Positions 8,411 to 17,846 of a stretch of DNA of 46,733 nt are shown in pieces; within the stretch, counting starts at the first letter, position 1; each line of letters opens with the position of its first letter. The notes beneath the pieces are model-generated. The model was not told the DNA's origin and searched no databases. It was given only the letters and a program-made list of their open reading frames with translations. Made by a program: the position numbers and the translations under genes. The DNA comes from an uncultured Prevotella sp. (lineage in GTDB: Bacteria; Bacillota_I; Bacilli_A; RFN20; CAG-288): positions 1-46,733 of the forward strand of contig CAVHUN010000038.1 in NCBI GenBank assembly GCA_963639175.1. The letters are read 5' to 3'.

Positions 8411-8435
8411 TAAAAAAGACACCACGAAGGTGTCT
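8411..8435 (-). terminator. Intrinsic terminator of rpsD (may also stop the + strand gene)
   Basis: agacacc-acgaa-ggtgtct hairpin. On the minus strand it is followed by a T6 run. Confidence 0.7.
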
Positions 8436-8447
8436 TGTGAATTTTGA

Positions 8448-9056
8448 TTAGAGCTTTCTGTTGTAGTATTCAACGATTTGAGATTCATTGATATCTTTAG
8501 TGAGTTCGCTTCTTTCAGGCATTCTTACAAATGTACCTTCCATCTTTTCTTTGTCGACTTCGACATAAGGAACAGTGAACTTATTAGCTTCTAAAGCATC
8601 AGCTACAATCTTGAACTTCTTAGCGTTATCAGTTAAGGAAATCTTATCACCGACATTTACTAAATATGAAGGGATATCAACTTTCTTACCATTTACTAAG
8701 ACATGACCGTGATTTACTAATTGTCTAGCTTGTCTTCTAGTTCTAGCAAAACCTAAACGATAAACTAAGTTATCTAATCTAGATTCAAGGATTTTCATGA
8801 AGGCAAATCCAGTTAATTCGTTTTGTGATCTAGCGATGAGATATAAACGTTTGAATTGTCTTTCAGAAACACCATAGGTGTTACGTAACTTTTGCTTTTC
8901 AGCTAATTGTTTGCCGTATTCTGATAACTTAACTTTCTTGTCTTTACCATGTTGTCCAGGGGCATAAGGTCTCTTTTCAAGTTCCTTGCCTGTTTCTAAA
9001 ATGGAATAACCTAATCTTCTTGAGATTTTCCAACTTGGTCCAGTGTATCTTGACAT
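8448..9056 (-). CDS. rpsD: 30S ribosomal protein S4
   Basis: [16 protein letters not shown]... is close to Bacillus S4 along its whole length. Confidence 0.97.
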   Translation of the reverse strand: MSRYTGPSWKISRRLGYSILETGKELEKRPYAPGQHGKDKKVKLSEYGKQLAEKQKLRNTYGVSERQFKRLYLIARSQNELTGFAFMKILESRLDNLVYRLGFARTRRQARQLVNHGHVLVNGKKVDIPSYLVNVGDKISLTDNAKKFKIVADALEANKFTVPYVEVDKEKMEGTFVRMPERSELTKDINESQIVEYYNRKL

Positions 9057-9193
9057 GTTTTCTATTTTCCTTTCTTTTTAGCAGATAGGTGCAAGTTCTT
9101 TGTTCCGGGTGATTAGCATTCACTTATTTAGCTTAAGCTACTTTTATAACTACTAATCATTAGACAAACAAATACTTACATGCTACACATGCA
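9057..9193 (-). promoter_or_regulatory. Approx. 135-nt rpsD 5' leader, possible S4 autoregulatory structure
   Basis: Locally G+C-richer than its surroundings, with several short palindromes: catg-n5-catg, agcttaagct, gtga-n7-tcac. S4 translational autoregulation via the leader is established in Bacillus. Confidence 0.35.
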
Positions 9194-9199
9194 TTGTTA

Positions 9200-9228
9200 A
9201 TATTACTAGTTTATTTTAATATTGTCAA
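9200..9228 (-). promoter_or_regulatory. Candidate rpsD promoter
   Basis: Minus strand reads TTGACA, then 17 nt, then TAATAT. Confidence 0.45.
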
Positions 9229-9250
9229 TACTTATTTAAATAATTATAAT
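9222..9250 (+). promoter_or_regulatory. Candidate leuS promoter whose -35 overlaps the rpsD -35
   Basis: TTGTCA, then 17 nt, then TATAAT. It leaves only a leader of about 20 nt before leuS. Confidence 0.45.
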
Positions 9251-9274
9251 ATATGAATGTGAAAGGTTATTTAT

Positions 9275-11683
9275 ATGGGATACGATTTTAAACAAATTGA
9301 ACAAAAATGGCAGAAAAAGTGGAAAGATGCCTCATTATATAAATGTGATGTTTACGATTTTTCAAAACCTAAATTTTACATCATGGATATGTTTCCTTAT
9401 CCATCAGCTCAAGGCTTACATGTTGGACATATGGAAGGGTATTCAGCTACAGATGCTTTAGCTAGATTTAAAAGAGCACAAGGATTTAACGTCCTTCATC
9501 CAATGGGATTTGACTCATTTGGTTTACCAGCTGAACAATACGCAATTAAAAATAACAAAAACCCTGGTCCATTTACTCAAGCAAATATTGAAAACTTTAA
9601 AAAGCAAATGGACATGTGTGGACTTTCAGTAGATTGGTCTAAACAAATTGAAACTAGCGATCCTTCTTATTATAAGTGGACTCAATGGATATTCTTAAAA
9701 TTATATGAACATAATTTAGCATATATTGATTCTAGACCAGTAAATTATTGTCCTGAACTTGGAACAGTCTTAGCTAATGAAGAAGTAATAAATGGCAAAT
9801 CTGAAAGAGGAGGATTTCCAGTTATTACAGTTAATATGAAACAATGGGTCTTAAAAATAACTGAATATGCTGAAAAGTTACTTGATGGACTTAAATTGCT
9901 AGATTGGCCAAATTCAACAATTACAATGCAAACAAACTGGATTGGTAAATCTGAAGGGGTAGAAATTGAATTTGATGTTGCTAGCTCAGATCAAAAGTTC
10001 TACGTTTATACAACTAGAGTAGATACATTATTTGGCTGTACCTATGTAACTTTAGCTCCTGAACATCCTCTTGTTAGTAAATTAGTAACTAAAGAAAATA
10101 AAAAGCAAGTTGAAGATTATATTGAACAAGTAAAAAATAAATCTGAAATTGAAAGAACATCCACAGTTAAAGAAAAGACAGGTGTATTTACAGGTAGTTA
10201 TGCTATAAATCCTATTAATAATATTAGAGTACCTATTTATATAGGTGATTATGTCTTAGCAAGTTATGGTACTGGAGCAGTAATGGCAGTTCCAACTCAC
10301 GATCAAAGAGATTTCTTATTTGCTAAACAACATAACATCAACATGATTCAAGTTATTGAAGGTGATTGCGTTAACCAAGCTTATGAAGGAGATGGAAAAC
10401 ATATTAATTCTTCATTTGCTGATGGCTTAAATAATAAAGAAGCTGCAAAAGTAATAACTGATAAATTAGTTGAAATTAAAAAGGGAACAGTTAAAGTTCA
10501 TTACAAATTAAGAGACTGGTTATTCTCTAGACAAAGATATTGGGGTGAACCAATTCCTATTATCCATTTAGAAGATGGAAGCTTAGTCCCAGTTAGTTAT
10601 ACTGATTTACCTCTACAATTACCTGAATTAGATAATTATGCTCCTAGTGGAGATGGTAAACCTCCTTTAAGTAAAGCTACTAAGTGGTTAAATGTAGAAG
10701 TGGATGGCAAAAAAGGTGTTAGAGAAACTAACATCATGCCTCAATGGGCTGGCTCTAGCTGGTATTATATTAGATATTTAGATCCTAAAAATGATAAAGA
10801 AATCGCTGATCCTAAATTAATTGAACACTGGTTACCAGTTGATGTTTATATTGGTGGAGCTGAACATGCTGTCTTACATTTATTATATGCAAGATTCTGG
10901 CATAAGTTCTTATATGATATTGGAGTAGTAAAATGTCCAGAACCATTTAAGAAATTACGTCATCAAGGTATGATACTTGGCTCAGATGGAAACAAGATGT
11001 CTAAATCAAAGGGCAATGTAGTAAATCCAAATCAATGTGTAGAAGAATATGGTGCTGACTCATTAAGATTATATGAATTATTTAAAGGACCTATCGATCA
11101 ATCCTTACCTTGGTCAGATAATGGTTTAGCTGGGGCATCTAGATTCTTAAATAGATTCTATAGATTATTCGCTGATCAAAATTACATCAATAAGTACACC
11201 TTAGAAAATGATCATAAGTTAGATGAAATTATGCATCAAACAATTAAAAAGGTGACTAGTGACTATGAGAACTTAAATTTCAACACTGCTATTTCTCAAA
11301 TAATGATATTAGTTAATAATTTCTATCAACAAGATAAATTGTATATTGAATATTTAAAACAAGCCTGTCAATTACTTGCACCAGTTGCTCCTCATATTTC
11401 TCAAGAATGTTATAGCTTAATAACTAAAGATGATGGCTTTATTGATTTTGTCAGTTGGCCTAAATTTGATGAAGAGATCGCTTCAAGTAAACAAGCAACT
11501 TTATCAATTTCAATTAATGGTAAACATAGGGGAACTATCCAAGTACCATTAAATTATGATAATAAAGATGAATTAGTTGAAAAGATTAAAGACATGCCTG
11601 AAATCTATAAACACATAGAAGGCAAGACCATAATTAAAGTAATCTTTGTTCCTAATAAAATCTTAAACATTGTAGTTAAATAA
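9275..11683 (+). CDS. leuS: Leucyl-tRNA synthetase
   Basis: 802 aa, HIGH-type motif GLHVGH, KMSKS present. Confidence 0.97.
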   Translation: MGYDFKQIEQKWQKKWKDASLYKCDVYDFSKPKFYIMDMFPYPSAQGLHVGHMEGYSATDALARFKRAQGFNVLHPMGFDSFGLPAEQYAIKNNKNPGPFTQANIENFKKQMDMCGLSVDWSKQIETSDPSYYKWTQWIFLKLYEHNLAYIDSRPVNYCPELGTVLANEEVINGKSERGGFPVITVNMKQWVLKITEYAEKLLDGLKLLDWPNSTITMQTNWIGKSEGVEIEFDVASSDQKFYVYTTRVDTLFGCTYVTLAPEHPLVSKLVTKENKKQVEDYIEQVKNKSEIERTSTVKEKTGVFTGSYAINPINNIRVPIYIGDYVLASYGTGAVMAVPTHDQRDFLFAKQHNINMIQVIEGDCVNQAYEGDGKHINSSFADGLNNKEAAKVITDKLVEIKKGTVKVHYKLRDWLFSRQRYWGEPIPIIHLEDGSLVPVSYTDLPLQLPELDNYAPSGDGKPPLSKATKWLNVEVDGKKGVRETNIMPQWAGSSWYYIRYLDPKNDKEIADPKLIEHWLPVDVYIGGAEHAVLHLLYARFWHKFLYDIGVVKCPEPFKKLRHQGMILGSDGNKMSKSKGNVVNPNQCVEEYGADSLRLYELFKGPIDQSLPWSDNGLAGASRFLNRFYRLFADQNYINKYTLENDHKLDEIMHQTIKKVTSDYENLNFNTAISQIMILVNNFYQQDKLYIEYLKQACQLLAPVAPHISQECYSLITKDDGFIDFVSWPKFDEEIASSKQATLSISINGKHRGTIQVPLNYDNKDELVEKIKDMPEIYKHIEGKTIIKVIFVPNKILNIVVK

Positions 11684-11690
11684 GAAAATG

Positions 11691-11724
11691 AGTGGTTTAG
11701 AAGAAAAATCTAAATCACTTTTTT
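11691..11724 (+). terminator. Intrinsic terminator of leuS
   Basis: 11-bp stem agtggtttaga/tctaaatcact followed by T5. Confidence 0.7.
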
Positions 11725-11786
11725 AGACCTTTAAAATGCTTATAAAGATATCTAAAATGTTAAAAAATTAAATGAATATGGCTTAT

Positions 11787-11830
11787 TAGTCTTAAAATAG
11801 TAAATAATTAGTAGTAAATTAGTAAACAAT
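11787..11830 (+). repeat. Phased TAGT array A (4 x 11 nt)
   Basis: Units are tagtcttaaaa tagtaaataat tagtagtaaat tagtaaacaat. The array ends 6 nt before the tex -35. Confidence 0.8.
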
Positions 11831-11836
11831 ATAGTT

Positions 11837-11865
11837 TTGATAATTGTTAAAAGAATTGATAAAAT
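11837..11865 (+). promoter_or_regulatory. Candidate tex promoter
   Basis: TTGATA, then 17 nt, then TAAAAT. Confidence 0.5.
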
Positions 11866-11889
11866 ATATAAGATTAGGAAGAAATTAAA

Positions 11890-14025
11890 ATGAATATAAA
11901 TAAACAAATAAGCGAAGAATTAAATATACCTCTTGAAGTAGTAAATAATACTATTGAGTTATTAGATCAAGGATCAACAATCCCATTTATTGCTAGATAT
12001 AGAAAAGAAGTGACAAATGGCTTACTTGATACTCAAATTAGAGACCTTGCTACTAGATTAGAATATTTAAGAAAATTAGAAGATAGAAAACAAACAGTAA
12101 TTGATACTATTACTAAATTAGAAAAGTTAACTCCTGAATTAAAACAAAAGATTGAAGATTGTTTGACCTTAACTGAATTAGAGGATTTATATAGACCATA
12201 TAAACCTAAAAAGCAAACTAGAGGACAACTTGCAATTAAAAAAGGCTTACAAGGACTTGCTAACTTTATAAAAGAAGATACTTCTAACACCTTAGAAAAA
12301 GAAGCTAGTAAATATATAAATAAGGAAAAGGGAGTAGAAGATATTAAACAAGCTATTGATGGAGCTAAAGATATCATCGCTGAAGAAATTTCGGATAATA
12401 CAAATTATAGAATTTATTTAAAAGACATCATTTTAAAAAGCGGTATATTACAAGTAACCCTTTCTAAAAATAAGACTAGCGACCTTTATGATAATTATGA
12501 AAACTTCTCAAGATTAGTAAAATTAGTTAAGCCTCATCAAGTCTTAGCTATATTTAGAGGGGAAAAGCAAAAGTGTTTAGTAAAAGACATCATTATAAAT
12601 GAAGAAGTCTTTTTAAATCACATCGCTAATTTTGAAATTCCATATAAAAGCCCATATGAAGAATTGTTCAATCAAATAATTAAAGATAGCTATACTAGAT
12701 TAATTAAACAAAGTGTAGATAATGATATATATAATCAAATGTTTGAACAAGCCGAAGATAATTCTATAATTACATTTAAGTGCAATTTAGAAAATCTATT
12801 AATGCAAGCCCCTTTAAAATCTTGTAACGTCCTTGGATTTGACCCAGGGTATACAAATGGATGTAAAATCGCTATAGTCGATGAACTTTCAAATGTTTTA
12901 TATACCACTAAAACTTATGTTACAGTTACTAAAAAGGAAGAAGAATTAGTTAAAGAAGCTACTAGATTAGCTACTTTAATTAAAAAGTTCAACGTTAAAT
13001 ATATTGCTTTAGGAAATGGAACTGCTAGTAGAGAATCAGAAAAATTCTTGAAAGAAAGAGTGGTAAAAGGACTTGAATGTCAAGTAGTTATAGTTTCAGA
13101 AGCTGGGGCAAGTATTTATTCAGCTAGTAAATTAGGAATTGAAGAATTCCCAGATTTTGATGTCGCTTTAAGAAGTGCAGTAAGTATTGCAAGAAGATTA
13201 ATTGATCCTCTTTCAGAATTAGTAAAAATTGACCCTGAATCAATTGGAGTAGGTCAATATCAACACGATATTAATCAAACTAAGCTCAAAGAAGCCCTTT
13301 ATGGGGTAGTTGAAGATGTAGTTAATAGAGTAGGAGTTGATTTAAATTACGCTTCTTATTCTTTATTAAGCTACATATCTGGTATTGGAACTAGCTTAGC
13401 TAAAAATATAGTTGATTATAGAAAAGAAAATGGCAGATTCAATTCTAGAAAAGACTTATTAAAGGTTAATAAGTTTGGACCAAAGGCTTTTAAAAACGCC
13501 GCTGGCTTTTTAAGAATTAAAGATGGGACTAACTTTTTAGATGCTACTTCAATTCACCCAGAATCATATGATATTGCTAATAAGTTATTAAAATTATACG
13601 ATATAAAGAATTTAGAACAAGCAAAAGAGAAATTAAATGATATAGATGATAAGCAAATTGAAGGCCTTGCAATTAAACTAGATACTACATTTATTACTTT
13701 AAAAGATATAATAAATGACCTTTTAAAGCCTGGTTTAGATCCTAGAAATCAAGTTAAGGTTGCTAAATTAGATTCTTCTATTACTTCTATTGATGATTTA
13801 AAAATAGGAATGATATTAGAAGGAACTATTAGAAACGTTTCTGATTTTGGTTGTTTTGTAGATATTGGTTTACATGAAGATGGCTTAGTTCATATTTCTG
13901 AAATTAGCAAAACTTTTGTTAAAAATATCAATGATGTTGTTTCTATTGGTGATATTATAAAAGTGAAAGTTATTTCTATAGATAAGCAAAGAAAGAGAAT
14001 TGGCCTATCTATTAAGCAAGTTTAA
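11890..14025 (+). CDS. tex: Tex-like transcription accessory protein (YqgF-like, HhH and S1 domains)
   Basis: 711 aa, IPFIARYRKEVT N-terminus, C-terminal S1 domain. Confidence 0.93.
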   Translation: MNINKQISEELNIPLEVVNNTIELLDQGSTIPFIARYRKEVTNGLLDTQIRDLATRLEYLRKLEDRKQTVIDTITKLEKLTPELKQKIEDCLTLTELEDLYRPYKPKKQTRGQLAIKKGLQGLANFIKEDTSNTLEKEASKYINKEKGVEDIKQAIDGAKDIIAEEISDNTNYRIYLKDIILKSGILQVTLSKNKTSDLYDNYENFSRLVKLVKPHQVLAIFRGEKQKCLVKDIIINEEVFLNHIANFEIPYKSPYEELFNQIIKDSYTRLIKQSVDNDIYNQMFEQAEDNSIITFKCNLENLLMQAPLKSCNVLGFDPGYTNGCKIAIVDELSNVLYTTKTYVTVTKKEEELVKEATRLATLIKKFNVKYIALGNGTASRESEKFLKERVVKGLECQVVIVSEAGASIYSASKLGIEEFPDFDVALRSAVSIARRLIDPLSELVKIDPESIGVGQYQHDINQTKLKEALYGVVEDVVNRVGVDLNYASYSLLSYISGIGTSLAKNIVDYRKENGRFNSRKDLLKVNKFGPKAFKNAAGFLRIKDGTNFLDATSIHPESYDIANKLLKLYDIKNLEQAKEKLNDIDDKQIEGLAIKLDTTFITLKDIINDLLKPGLDPRNQVKVAKLDSSITSIDDLKIGMILEGTIRNVSDFGCFVDIGLHEDGLVHISEISKTFVKNINDVVSIGDIIKVKVISIDKQRKRIGLSIKQV

Positions 14026-14121
14026 TTAAAAATTAGGCTAATTAGCTTGCTATTAACAAAAAAGTAGATTAAAATTATTTTTGTTATTTTTATAAGTGTT
14101 CTTTAGAGAGGAAAGTTTATT

Positions 14122-14529
14122 ATGGGTATAAGTCGCTATCAAATTAGAGAAAATATCATAACTTGTATATATGATAATTTAGTTTATCAAAAGGGTGGAC
14201 TAGATTATGATATCAATCAAACTCTTATTAATATCTTTAAAGTTGAATCTTTAGCTGATATTGATTTATTTACTAAACAAATTTACCTTTCATGTTATAA
14301 AAATATGGATCAAATTAAGTCATTAGTACAAGAAAGATTAGTTAAATGGCAATTTGATAGATTAAATTTACTTTCTCAAGCCTTATTTATTGAAGTAATT
14401 GCCGAAGGTAAGTTTGAAAAGGCTACTTCTAAAGCCATCTTAATTGATTTTGCAGTTGACTATGCTAAAAAATATCTTTCTAGTAAGGATTATAAATATA
14501 TAAACGCTGTCTTAGATAAGATTTTATAA
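14122..14529 (+). CDS. nusB: Transcription antitermination factor NusB
   Basis: 135 aa, located upstream of xseA as in Bacillus. NusB-like helical pattern. Confidence 0.8.
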   Translation: MGISRYQIRENIITCIYDNLVYQKGGLDYDINQTLINIFKVESLADIDLFTKQIYLSCYKNMDQIKSLVQERLVKWQFDRLNLLSQALFIEVIAEGKFEKATSKAILIDFAVDYAKKYLSSKDYKYINAVLDKIL

Positions 14530-14530
14530 T

Positions 14531-15811
14531 ATGAATGTACCTAGTTCATTTAAAGATAAAGTTTTTTCAGTTTTTGAAATCTCTTCCATCTTAAAAGAAG
14601 TATTATCTAGTGAATTATTTCAAAATATAAAAATCCAAGGGGAAATAAGTTCTAAAGTTACTAAAGGTGGTAACGTGTATTTAACATTAACTGAAATGGG
14701 GCAAGATAATAAAATAAAAGCCACATTGAAGGTTAATGTTTTTTCTTATTACGATCAAAAAATAAGTCAACCTTATAATATAGGTGATAAAGTCATAATT
14801 AAAGGAGATATATCTTATTATCCAGGTAATGGTCAACTTTCATTTATTGGAAAAGAAGTCTTTCAAAAAGGACTAGGGGATGAATTAGTTAGAATTCAAC
14901 TTTTAAAAGAGAAATTACAAAAAGAAGGCTTATTTTCTTTAGAAAGAAAAAGAAAGCTGCCAAAAAAGATAACAAAAATTGGCATAGTCACTTCTTCAAA
15001 AGGGGCCGCTTATCAAGATATATTAAATACCTTGGCTAGAAAGATACCTACTTCAACTGTCTTATTTGACTGTCTAGTTCAAGGAAAAGAAGCACCTAGT
15101 AGCATAATAAAGGCCTTAAATAAAGCCTATAAATCAGATTGTGATGTAATTATATTAGCTAGAGGTGGAGGATCAAAAGAAGATCTAAGCTGCTTTAATG
15201 ATGAAAAGCTAGCTAGGGTATTAGCTAGTTCACCAAAAGTCACTATTACTGGTATTGGACATGAAATAGATACTTCAATTTGCGATTTAGTTTCTGATAT
15301 TAATTGTATTACACCTACTCAAGCTGCTAATTGCGTTTTAAAAGACGCTGTTGATATTAAAAATGAGCTAATTAATTATAAACAAAGTCTAGATAAAGCC
15401 TTTGATAAGATAATTTCATCTAAAAAGATAGAAATTATGGACTTAGCATCTAAATTAAGTGAACTATCTTATGAAACTAGATTAGAAAAGACTAAATCTA
15501 AAATAGATAGTCTGAATTTAAAATTAGATTCTTCTTATTTAGAAAGTCTAAATAAAATGAGCAAGACCATTTCTAAATTAAATGACTTATTTAAAAACAA
15601 AGTCGATATAAGAATAAGTTTATATGAAGATAATATTACTAACTTAAATCACAAACTCGACTTATTAAATCCCTTAATTAGTCTAAAAGATGGTTATGCT
15701 ATAATAAAAAAGGATAATAAACTTATTAATAAAGCCAGTCAACTTACTAAAGATGATCAAATAGAAATAGGCTTTAAAGATGGAATTAAAAAAGCCAAGA
15801 TAATTGAATAA
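14531..15811 (+). CDS. xseA: Exodeoxyribonuclease VII large subunit
   Basis: OB-fold N-terminus; ARGGGSKEDLSCFNDE motif. Confidence 0.92.
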   Translation: MNVPSSFKDKVFSVFEISSILKEVLSSELFQNIKIQGEISSKVTKGGNVYLTLTEMGQDNKIKATLKVNVFSYYDQKISQPYNIGDKVIIKGDISYYPGNGQLSFIGKEVFQKGLGDELVRIQLLKEKLQKEGLFSLERKRKLPKKITKIGIVTSSKGAAYQDILNTLARKIPTSTVLFDCLVQGKEAPSSIIKALNKAYKSDCDVIILARGGGSKEDLSCFNDEKLARVLASSPKVTITGIGHEIDTSICDLVSDINCITPTQAANCVLKDAVDIKNELINYKQSLDKAFDKIISSKKIEIMDLASKLSELSYETRLEKTKSKIDSLNLKLDSSYLESLNKMSKTISKLNDLFKNKVDIRISLYEDNITNLNHKLDLLNPLISLKDGYAIIKKDNKLINKASQLTKDDQIEIGFKDGIKKAKIIE

Positions 15812-15823
15812 GGAGAAGTCATT

Positions 15824-16012
15824 ATGAAAATGAGCTTTGAAGAAAAACAAGCAAAATTAGTTGAAATAATTCAAACATTACAAACTCAAGATAATCTTTC
15901 ATTAAAACAAATGAGTGATTTATATAATCAGGGAAAAAAGCTTGTTGAAGAGCTAAACGAAGAGCTAGATAGCTTAAAATCACAAGTTAGTAATCAAATA
16001 GTAGAAAATTAG
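15824..16012 (+). CDS. xseB: Exodeoxyribonuclease VII small subunit
   Basis: 62 aa, SFEEKQAKLVEII..L. GGAG RBS. Confidence 0.85.
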   Translation: MKMSFEEKQAKLVEIIQTLQTQDNLSLKQMSDLYNQGKKLVEELNEELDSLKSQVSNQIVEN

Positions 16013-16031
16013 TAGATAATTAGTTAATAAA
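15988..16031 (+). repeat. Phased TAGT array D (4 x 11 nt), spanning the xseB stop and abutting the dxs ATG
   Basis: Units are tagtaatcaaa tagtagaaaat tagtagataat tagttaataaa. The TAG of unit 3 is the xseB stop codon. Confidence 0.75.
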
Positions 16032-17846
16032 ATGGACCAAATTGACCTAAAACACTTTTCTTATCGTAATTTAAAATCTTTATCAATCAAAGATAAAGAA
16101 GATTTAGCGTGTAAAATAAGAGAAGAAATTATAAAAGATGTCTTAAAAAATGGCGGACACCTTTCTTCAAATTTAGGGGTAGTAGAATTAACAATTGAAC
16201 TATTAGCTAGTTTTGATATTACTAAAGATGACATTTTATTTGATGTATCTCATCAAACCTACACTTTTAAAATCTTAACTGATAGAGATTTAGCTCTAAT
16301 TAGATTAAAAGATGGTCTAAGTGGATTTTCGAGTAGAGAAGAATCTAAATTTGATAAAGTTAATGGTGGACATTCAGGAACTTGTTTATCAATTGCAAGT
16401 GGAATTGCCACTGCTAAAAAATTAAATGGCGATAATTCTTCTACTATAGTTGTAATTGGAGACTCTTCTATTTCAAATGGGGTCTCATTTGAGGCTTTAA
16501 ATACTATTAATGAAGCTAACTATGGCAAATTGATTATTGTCTTAAACGATAACAACATGTCTATAAGTAAGCCAAAAGGTGGGCTTTCTAAAATCTTATC
16601 TAAACTAAAAAACTCATATTTTTATCAAAATGGAGCATATAATTTCAGAAAGATATTTAATAGAAAAGGATTAAGATGGTTCTATAAAGGAGCAACAAAG
16701 ACTAAAAATGTTATAAAAAGAGCATTTTTAGGCTCAAATATCTTTGAATCATTCAATTATGTATATTTAGGACCTTTAGATGGACATAACTATAAAAAGC
16801 TTTCAAAAGCCTTTTTTCAAGCTAAAAGAATTGATAAAAGTGTTTTTATCCATGTTAAGACAATTAAAGGCAAAGGTTATAAGCTAGCTCAAGAAGATGA
16901 TATTGGCTATTATCATGGAGTAAGTGGGGAAAATAGTTCTAAAGGAGATTATTTAACTAGTTATTCTTCTAAAGCTATATTTAATAAATTAAAAGAAGAT
17001 CCTAAAGCTATATTAATTTGCCCAGCTATGATTTTAGGAAGTAAATTAGAAGAATGCTTTAAAACATATCCAACACGCTGTTTTGATACAGGTATATCAG
17101 AAGAGCATTGTGTAGATTTAGCTTGTGGGTTTGCTATTTATGGATACCATCCTATCTTAGTTATTTATTCTTGCTTTATGCAAAGAAGCTATGATCAACT
17201 CCTTGCAGATATATCTTTAAATAAACAAAGCGTATTAATTGTAGTTGAAAGAAGTGGATTAAATGGACAAGATGGTCCTTCTCATCAAGGCATATTTGAT
17301 GTTGGAATGGAAACTAGCTTACCAAATTCTATTATTTATCAACCAAATGACCAAATTAGCCTATATAATGCAATTTATAACTACGACTTTAAATCAAATG
17401 GCCCTTATTTTGTTAGAATAGAGCGTCAAAAAGTAGAAAAAGAAGAAATTAAGGATACTAAATTAGTTCCATATACAATAACTAATAACTCTTCTAATTC
17501 ACTTTTAATTGTAGTTGGTATAAAAGGGAATATCTTAGCTTCTTATTTTGAAGATAAGTTAGATATTTTATACCTAAAACAAATTAAACCTATTGATAAT
17601 AAGCTTATAGATACAATTTGTAGTTATAAAAATGTATATTTATATGATTATCTTGATTGTACTTTTAAAGAATACTTCTCATATTTACTATTAGCTAATA
17701 ACTTTAAAGGAAATGTTAAATTCTTCACATTAGAAAAGAAATTCATCTTAGGAATGAAAGTTGAAGAACAATTAGAAGACAACAATTTAACTCCTAAACA
17801 AGTAAAAGAAGTGCTAAATAAGCTATTAGATGAAACTGAGTCTTAA
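16032..17846 (+). CDS. dxs: 1-deoxy-D-xylulose-5-phosphate synthase (divergent)
   Basis: GGHLSSNLGVVEL, DVSHQTY, VIGDSS..G..FEALN...LNDNNMSI and DGPSHQG blocks. Bacillus-like position after xseB. Confidence 0.85.
   Translation: MDQIDLKHFSYRNLKSLSIKDKEDLACKIREEIIKDVLKNGGHLSSNLGVVELTIELLASFDITKDDILFDVSHQTYTFKILTDRDLALIRLKDGLSGFSSREESKFDKVNGGHSGTCLSIASGIATAKKLNGDNSSTIVVIGDSSISNGVSFEALNTINEANYGKLIIVLNDNNMSISKPKGGLSKILSKLKNSYFYQNGAYNFRKIFNRKGLRWFYKGATKTKNVIKRAFLGSNIFESFNYVYLGPLDGHNYKKLSKAFFQAKRIDKSVFIHVKTIKGKGYKLAQEDDIGYYHGVSGENSSKGDYLTSYSSKAIFNKLKEDPKAILICPAMILGSKLEECFKTYPTRCFDTGISEEHCVDLACGFAIYGYHPILVIYSCFMQRSYDQLLADISLNKQSVLIVVERSGLNGQDGPSHQGIFDVGMETSLPNSIIYQPNDQISLYNAIYNYDFKSNGPYFVRIERQKVEKEEIKDTKLVPYTITNNSSNSLLIVVGIKGNILASYFEDKLDILYLKQIKPIDNKLIDTICSYKNVYLYDYLDCTFKEYFSYLLLANNFKGNVKFFTLEKKFILGMKVEEQLEDNNLTPKQVKEVLNKLLDETES

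Noticed and set aside
9057-9274. T-box leaders expected upstream of leuS (9057-9274) and hisS-aspS (42859-42869).
   Set aside because: Only about 20 nt lie between the best leuS promoter and its ATG. Only 11 nt separate the relA stop from the hisS start. Neither gap has room for a T-box of 200 nt or more, and dtd is also absent between relA and hisS.
11787-11830. TAGT arrays as CRISPR or other spacer-containing arrays.
   Set aside because: The units are 11 nt, contiguous and have no spacers. No cas genes are present. They are too short and too AT-rich.
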